Shown piece after piece: positions 60,059 to 64,000 of a stretch of 64,000 bases of DNA (within the stretch, counting starts at the first letter, position 1; each line of letters opens with the position of its first letter). The stretch is from an uncultured Methanosarcinales archaeon (GTDB taxonomy: Archaea; Nanobdellota; Nanobdellia; Woesearchaeales; GW2011-AR15). The stretch is taken from contig CAYRXW010000005.1 of assembly GCA_964428335.1 (NCBI GenBank), forward strand, positions 79,481 to 143,480, written 5' to 3'. The translations under genes were made by a program, and so were the position numbers. The notes under the pieces are model-generated. The model searched no databases. It saw only the letters and a list, made by a program, of their open reading frames with translations, and was not told the DNA's origin.

Positions 60059-60813
60059 CTGACACATCTTATCTAGAATTTGGATCCGAGGCAAAAGACT
60101 CGAAAAAAATATATGATAAAAGACACGGGCAGGAAGCCTATGAATTCTTTATGGCTGCAAGATACTTAAAGGATATTATCGGATACAGAACAAACGATTT
60201 AACAAAGATTCATCATAAGGAAGACTTGTCCGATAACCAAAAAAAATATGCTGCCTTAAAAACATGTTTTAGGGAAGGAAATGAGCTTAAGTATTATGAG
60301 ATTGGTTCTTCTTTAATGGGTGTTATAGATTCCCTGAACTATCTAAATAGAATACATAAAGAACTGAAAGTAAAAGACATTTTGTTTATTGGTATTGATA
60401 ACTCTGACATGATGAATAAATCTGCCAAATATTTGCATGAGCATTATAAATTAGCTCTTTTTTCAGATATTGCCTTACTTGAGTGCGATTTATTTTTTGC
60501 AAAAGGTGTTTCTCTTTTATATGCTATTGATAATGAAGACTTATTTTGCAGTGTTTTAAACAGGGCAAAAATTGCAATTTTTGATTATACTTTTTCAAAT
60601 GATAAAAAAATAATTGAAAGAATAGGCACAGGAAAAGAAGTTTGTTTTTTAAGCCTAAAAGAATGCAAAAAAAAGCTAAATAAAGAGTTAATCTTAAATC
60701 CATCAACTAGAATTTCAGAAAGAAAAAATGATAGAGAAACCTTTGAATGTATCTATGGCGAAAAAGAGGCAATTAAAGAATATTTAAAAAACCTGAAAAG
60801 ATACCTAAGATAA
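60055..60813 (+). CDS. Hypothetical protein, possibly methyltransferase-fold
   Basis: YYEIGSSLMG and FIGIDNS resemble SAM motif I and post-I; weak. Confidence 0.5.
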   Translation: MTDTSYLEFGSEAKDSKKIYDKRHGQEAYEFFMAARYLKDIIGYRTNDLTKIHHKEDLSDNQKKYAALKTCFREGNELKYYEIGSSLMGVIDSLNYLNRIHKELKVKDILFIGIDNSDMMNKSAKYLHEHYKLALFSDIALLECDLFFAKGVSLLYAIDNEDLFCSVLNRAKIAIFDYTFSNDKKIIERIGTGKEVCFLSLKECKKKLNKELILNPSTRISERKNDRETFECIYGEKEAIKEYLKNLKRYLR

Positions 60814-61743
60814 TTCTTTTTTCCACTCTTTTAACATATTTTCATAATTATATCTTTTATTAAAATTTTCATATTGCATATCTAAATCAGTTAAATATGG
60901 CTTAGGGTCCTTTCTAAATGAATTGTAGTATTCTAAGAAGGTTTCCAGTTTAAGATTTGGTATCAGAAGTCTTGAATCTTTTAATTCATGCCTTGCTGAA
61001 GCCAAATTAACATTAAAAACAGGCACTTTATTGGTTATAGCTTCGATTAGAGTTGATGAATGATATTCACCTTCTAGAGTTTGGCAAATAAATAATAAAT
61101 CTAATTTTGGAAGAACATCTGCAAAATAACCTGGTTCATCAATTTCTTTCCCATTAATTATTTTTGTAATTTTCCCTAATGGAATAAAATGTATTGTTGC
61201 ACCTTTAAACTTATTATGGTTTTTCTTTATTGTTTCATATATTTTTTTATCTTTTATAAGCGTGAAGCCTAAATTAAATCCTTTATGTGGCTTTTTTTCC
61301 AGTTTTCTTGAGCCTTCTGGAATTACTTTTATTTTATTTTTTAAAAACCCCAATCTAGATACAATAACCTCTTTGTTTTTTACTGAAGGAACAATCACTT
61401 TATTAGCTAAAACCATTGATAAGACTTCATCAATTACATTTAATGAAAAAAAATTATATCCGATAAACCTGCACCCTGATAAGTCATAAATTGTTTTTTT
61501 CTTATTTAATCTCCCATAAAGTATTGCACCTAGATTTCCAAGACCAACACTTAAAACTATATCTGGATTTATTTTTTTAAGCTGTTTATATGATGAAAAA
61601 TAGAATTTTTGGATTTGAAATGGTTCTTTTTCATCTTTAAAAGTAATTATCTCTGATATTAAATTCTCATGCTTTAGATTTTTTACTAATGTTACCCTTC
61701 CGCCGGGCTTTGGAAAATTCCTTGATATTGCAACAACTTTCAT
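60805..61743 (-). CDS. Divergent GT-B (GT4-like) glycosyltransferase
   Basis: ISRNFPKPGG, IKVIPEG, EGEYHSSTLIEA. Confidence 0.65.
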   Translation of the reverse strand: MKVVAISRNFPKPGGRVTLVKNLKHENLISEIITFKDEKEPFQIQKFYFSSYKQLKKINPDIVLSVGLGNLGAILYGRLNKKKTIYDLSGCRFIGYNFFSLNVIDEVLSMVLANKVIVPSVKNKEVIVSRLGFLKNKIKVIPEGSRKLEKKPHKGFNLGFTLIKDKKIYETIKKNHNKFKGATIHFIPLGKITKIINGKEIDEPGYFADVLPKLDLLFICQTLEGEYHSSTLIEAITNKVPVFNVNLASARHELKDSRLLIPNLKLETFLEYYNSFRKDPKPYLTDLDMQYENFNKRYNYENMLKEWKKELS

Positions 61744-61776
61744 TTTAAAAAAATAATGCTTTTTTTATTTAGATTA

Positions 61777-63021
61777 TTATCTCCCAATTCCCTTATAAAC
61801 TACTCCTTTTAATCTATCCTTACTTAAGCAATTCCTTCCATCAATTATTATTTTAACATTTTTTAGGTCCATTCCTTCAAGCTCCAAGAACTGCTTATGC
61901 GCTGTTGCGAGCACTAAATAAGCTGAATCTGAAACTATTTCCTTTAATGAATTATAATCTGATTTTACATGCGGATCATATACCTTGACTATTGCCCCTT
62001 TTTCCTTTAATAGGTGGATTATCTCAAAAGACGGGCTTTCCCTCACATCATCTATATTTCCCTTATATGCGAGACCTAAGACACCTACCTTTGCCCCTTT
62101 TAGGCTCTTTTTCTGTTTTTTTAGCTCATCTTCAAGCAAAGATACTGTATAATCAGGCATGCTTTCATTTATCTTCCTTGCCAGCCTTAGGAATTCATGG
62201 TCAAAATCATAATCTTTTGCCTTGTTTATCAGGTAATATGGGTCGACAGCAATACAGTGCCCACCTACTCCGCAGCCAGGGAAATGCGGCAAGAATGAAA
62301 ACGGCTTTGTTGAAGCGCCTTTTATTACTTCCATTATATCTATTCCTGCCTTGTCAAAGCTTTTGGCCATCTCATTCATGAATGCAATATTTATGTCCCT
62401 GAATGTGTTTTCCATTATCTTTGTCGCTTCTGCTTCTTTTGATGATTTTACAACTGTGACTTTTGAATCCAAGATGGATTCATAAAATTCTTTTGTCTTT
62501 ATTGCAGATTTTTCATCAATCCCGCCAACTACCCTTGGGATATTTTCTACATTCCATTTTTTATTTCCTGGATCAATTCTTTCAGGGCAATGTGAAAGAT
62601 AAAATTCTCCTTTTTTTAGTCCTGCTTTTTCAAGGATTGGAAGTATCACTTCCTCAGTTGTACCTGGGTAAACTGTTGATTCCAGAACTATTAAAGCTCC
62701 TTTTTTCATGTTTTCTGATATTGATTTTGAAGAATTTTCAACAAAAGAAAGATCTGTCTGGTGCCCATCTTTTACTGGTGTTGGGACGCAGATTATTACG
62801 ACGTCTGATTTTTTTATTTCTTTGTAATCTGATGTTGCCTTTATCATACCTTTTTTCAAGTTTATTTTTATGTAATCATCGTCCATCGGGCTGATTCCCA
62901 GATTAATTTTTTCTATTCTTTCCTTACTTATGTCTATCCCTATTACTTTATGACCTTTTTTAGCTGCTAGAATTGCCAAAGGAAGGCCTACATATCCAAG
63001 ACCGATTACTGAAACTTCCAT
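61777..63021 (-). CDS. Nucleotide-sugar 6-dehydrogenase (WecC/WbpO-like)
   Basis: GLGYVGLP, CVPTP, ESTVYPG, PERIDPG, GVGGHCI, DDVRESP. Confidence 0.95.
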   Translation of the reverse strand: MEVSVIGLGYVGLPLAILAAKKGHKVIGIDISKERIEKINLGISPMDDDYIKINLKKGMIKATSDYKEIKKSDVVIICVPTPVKDGHQTDLSFVENSSKSISENMKKGALIVLESTVYPGTTEEVILPILEKAGLKKGEFYLSHCPERIDPGNKKWNVENIPRVVGGIDEKSAIKTKEFYESILDSKVTVVKSSKEAEATKIMENTFRDINIAFMNEMAKSFDKAGIDIMEVIKGASTKPFSFLPHFPGCGVGGHCIAVDPYYLINKAKDYDFDHEFLRLARKINESMPDYTVSLLEDELKKQKKSLKGAKVGVLGLAYKGNIDDVRESPSFEIIHLLKEKGAIVKVYDPHVKSDYNSLKEIVSDSAYLVLATAHKQFLELEGMDLKNVKIIIDGRNCLSKDRLKGVVYKGIGR

Positions 63022-63098
63022 ATAAGAACTTGGGAAGAATGGTTATTTAAAAAGGTTTAGAAGGATTGCTCGTTTATAGATAATAAAAAAATAAAAAA

Positions 63099-64000
63099 TT
63101 ACAGATAAACCCAGGCCTTCATGTAAAGCAGGATTGCTTCTGTATAATCTCCTTTACTAAATTTCCTATTCGCTAACTTGTATAGATCTTCAGCAAACTT
63201 ATATTTCAGTTTTCCTGCCCTTCTTAATTCGCTGTAATCTGTCTGCTCAAATTTCTCTTCAAGTATCATTTTATCTGCTTTTGCAAGAAGATAGGATATC
63301 TCATCATTCAATTTCCTTGATGCTGCAGCCTCATCAACGAAAACCATTATGGATCTTATTTCAAAGTCATTAATCCAGTACCTTTCGTCAAGGCTTGCTT
63401 CAACCTTTCTTCTTGCATATTCCATGTGATACTTTTTTGGCTTGTCCTCTATCAAGGAAAGCGCTTTTTCCTTGTAGTATCTTGGACTGTCACATGCGTC
63501 CCCTAGTCCGTCATTGTTTGTGTCAGCTTGATTTGAATTTGCAATAGAGATGCAGTTGTCATCAAAATTATTTACTGTGTCATTATCTGTATCTGGTAAT
63601 GTGTAATTTCCGTACACCAGATATTCATCAGGAATAAGTTCTGATTCATATTCTCCGTCTCCTTCATAATCAAGATACAATATGAAATCTGAGCCAATTG
63701 TTGCATCCATCCTGCCTTTGCTGTTTTCTCCTATTGAAATGTTCCTGAACTTCAGCATTATGCCTGAATCTGTCTCATTATCATATACGTACATATGAAG
63801 CGTAAACTGGCCTTCTCCTGTCGCCTCTAATAGCAGAGTATGGTTGCCTTTCCCAAGTACTGTCAGAGCTTCTGGCTCATTTTCTGGACCTGTATAAAAG
63901 TCATATTCCACTTCAGTTCCATCTTTCAAAACAGTCATGTCAACTGGGCTATAGATGAAAAATGAAAGGAAGGGTATGTTTGGCCCGTATGCGTGTGTAT
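63099..64000 (-). CDS. C-terminal part of a large surface/secreted protein with a thrombospondin type-3 repeat (5' partial)
   Basis: DTDNDTVNNFDDNC...NSNQADTNNDGLGDACD; frame open to the window edge. Confidence 0.8.
   Translation of the reverse strand, partial: THAYGPNIPFLSFFIYSPVDMTVLKDGTEVEYDFYTGPENEPEALTVLGKGNHTLLLEATGEGQFTLHMYVYDNETDSGIMLKFRNISIGENSKGRMDATIGSDFILYLDYEGDGEYESELIPDEYLVYGNYTLPDTDNDTVNNFDDNCISIANSNQADTNNDGLGDACDSPRYYKEKALSLIEDKPKKYHMEYARRKVEASLDERYWINDFEIRSIMVFVDEAAASRKLNDEISYLLAKADKMILEEKFEQTDYSELRRAGKLKYKFAEDLYKLANRKFSKGDYTEAILLYMKAWVYL

Noticed and set aside
303..62894. Numerous short antisense or overlapping ORFs in the track (e.g. 1338-1655, 28988-29545, 41259-41846, 62463-62894)
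   Set aside because: Shadows of well-supported genes on the opposite strand or frame, with no motifs
1..64000. CRISPR array, tRNA or rRNA genes
   Set aside because: No repeat-spacer periodicity or cloverleaf seen by eye; the 2936-3005 structure lacks T-loop and D-loop consensus

Overview
A gene-dense, AT-rich 64 kb chromosomal segment, most likely from a DPANN archaeon (Woesearchaeota-like). This is inferred from TATA-like boxes about 25-30 nt before mostly leaderless starts, archaeal-type HerA and NurA, and a DUF1922-like zinc ribbon; it is not proven. (1) About 1.9-10.7 kb is a defence/accessory island: Bro-N/KilA-N-like relics, a PD-(D/E)xK exonuclease, a DUF3800 gene with a convergent structured RNA candidate, and a type IC R-M operon hsdM-hsdS-prrC-hsdR with a 4x12-bp linker repeat in hsdS. 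(2) About 11-30.5 kb holds mixed housekeeping and unknown genes, including a protein built from six tandem OmpR-type winged-helix repeats and an operon of a MurL-like ATP pyrophosphatase, a GNAT and two Ddl-like ATP-grasp ligases. (3) About 30.5-63 kb is a large mosaic surface-glycan locus: an SxtIJKL-like carbamoylation module, a complete ADP-heptose pathway with two unusual fusions, an N-formyl-sugar module beside FolD/MTHFS, and a Campylobacter Cj1416-1418-like phosphoramidate pathway. No rRNA, tRNA, CRISPR array, integrase or transposase was recognised. All family calls come from motif recognition by eye; no database searches were run.
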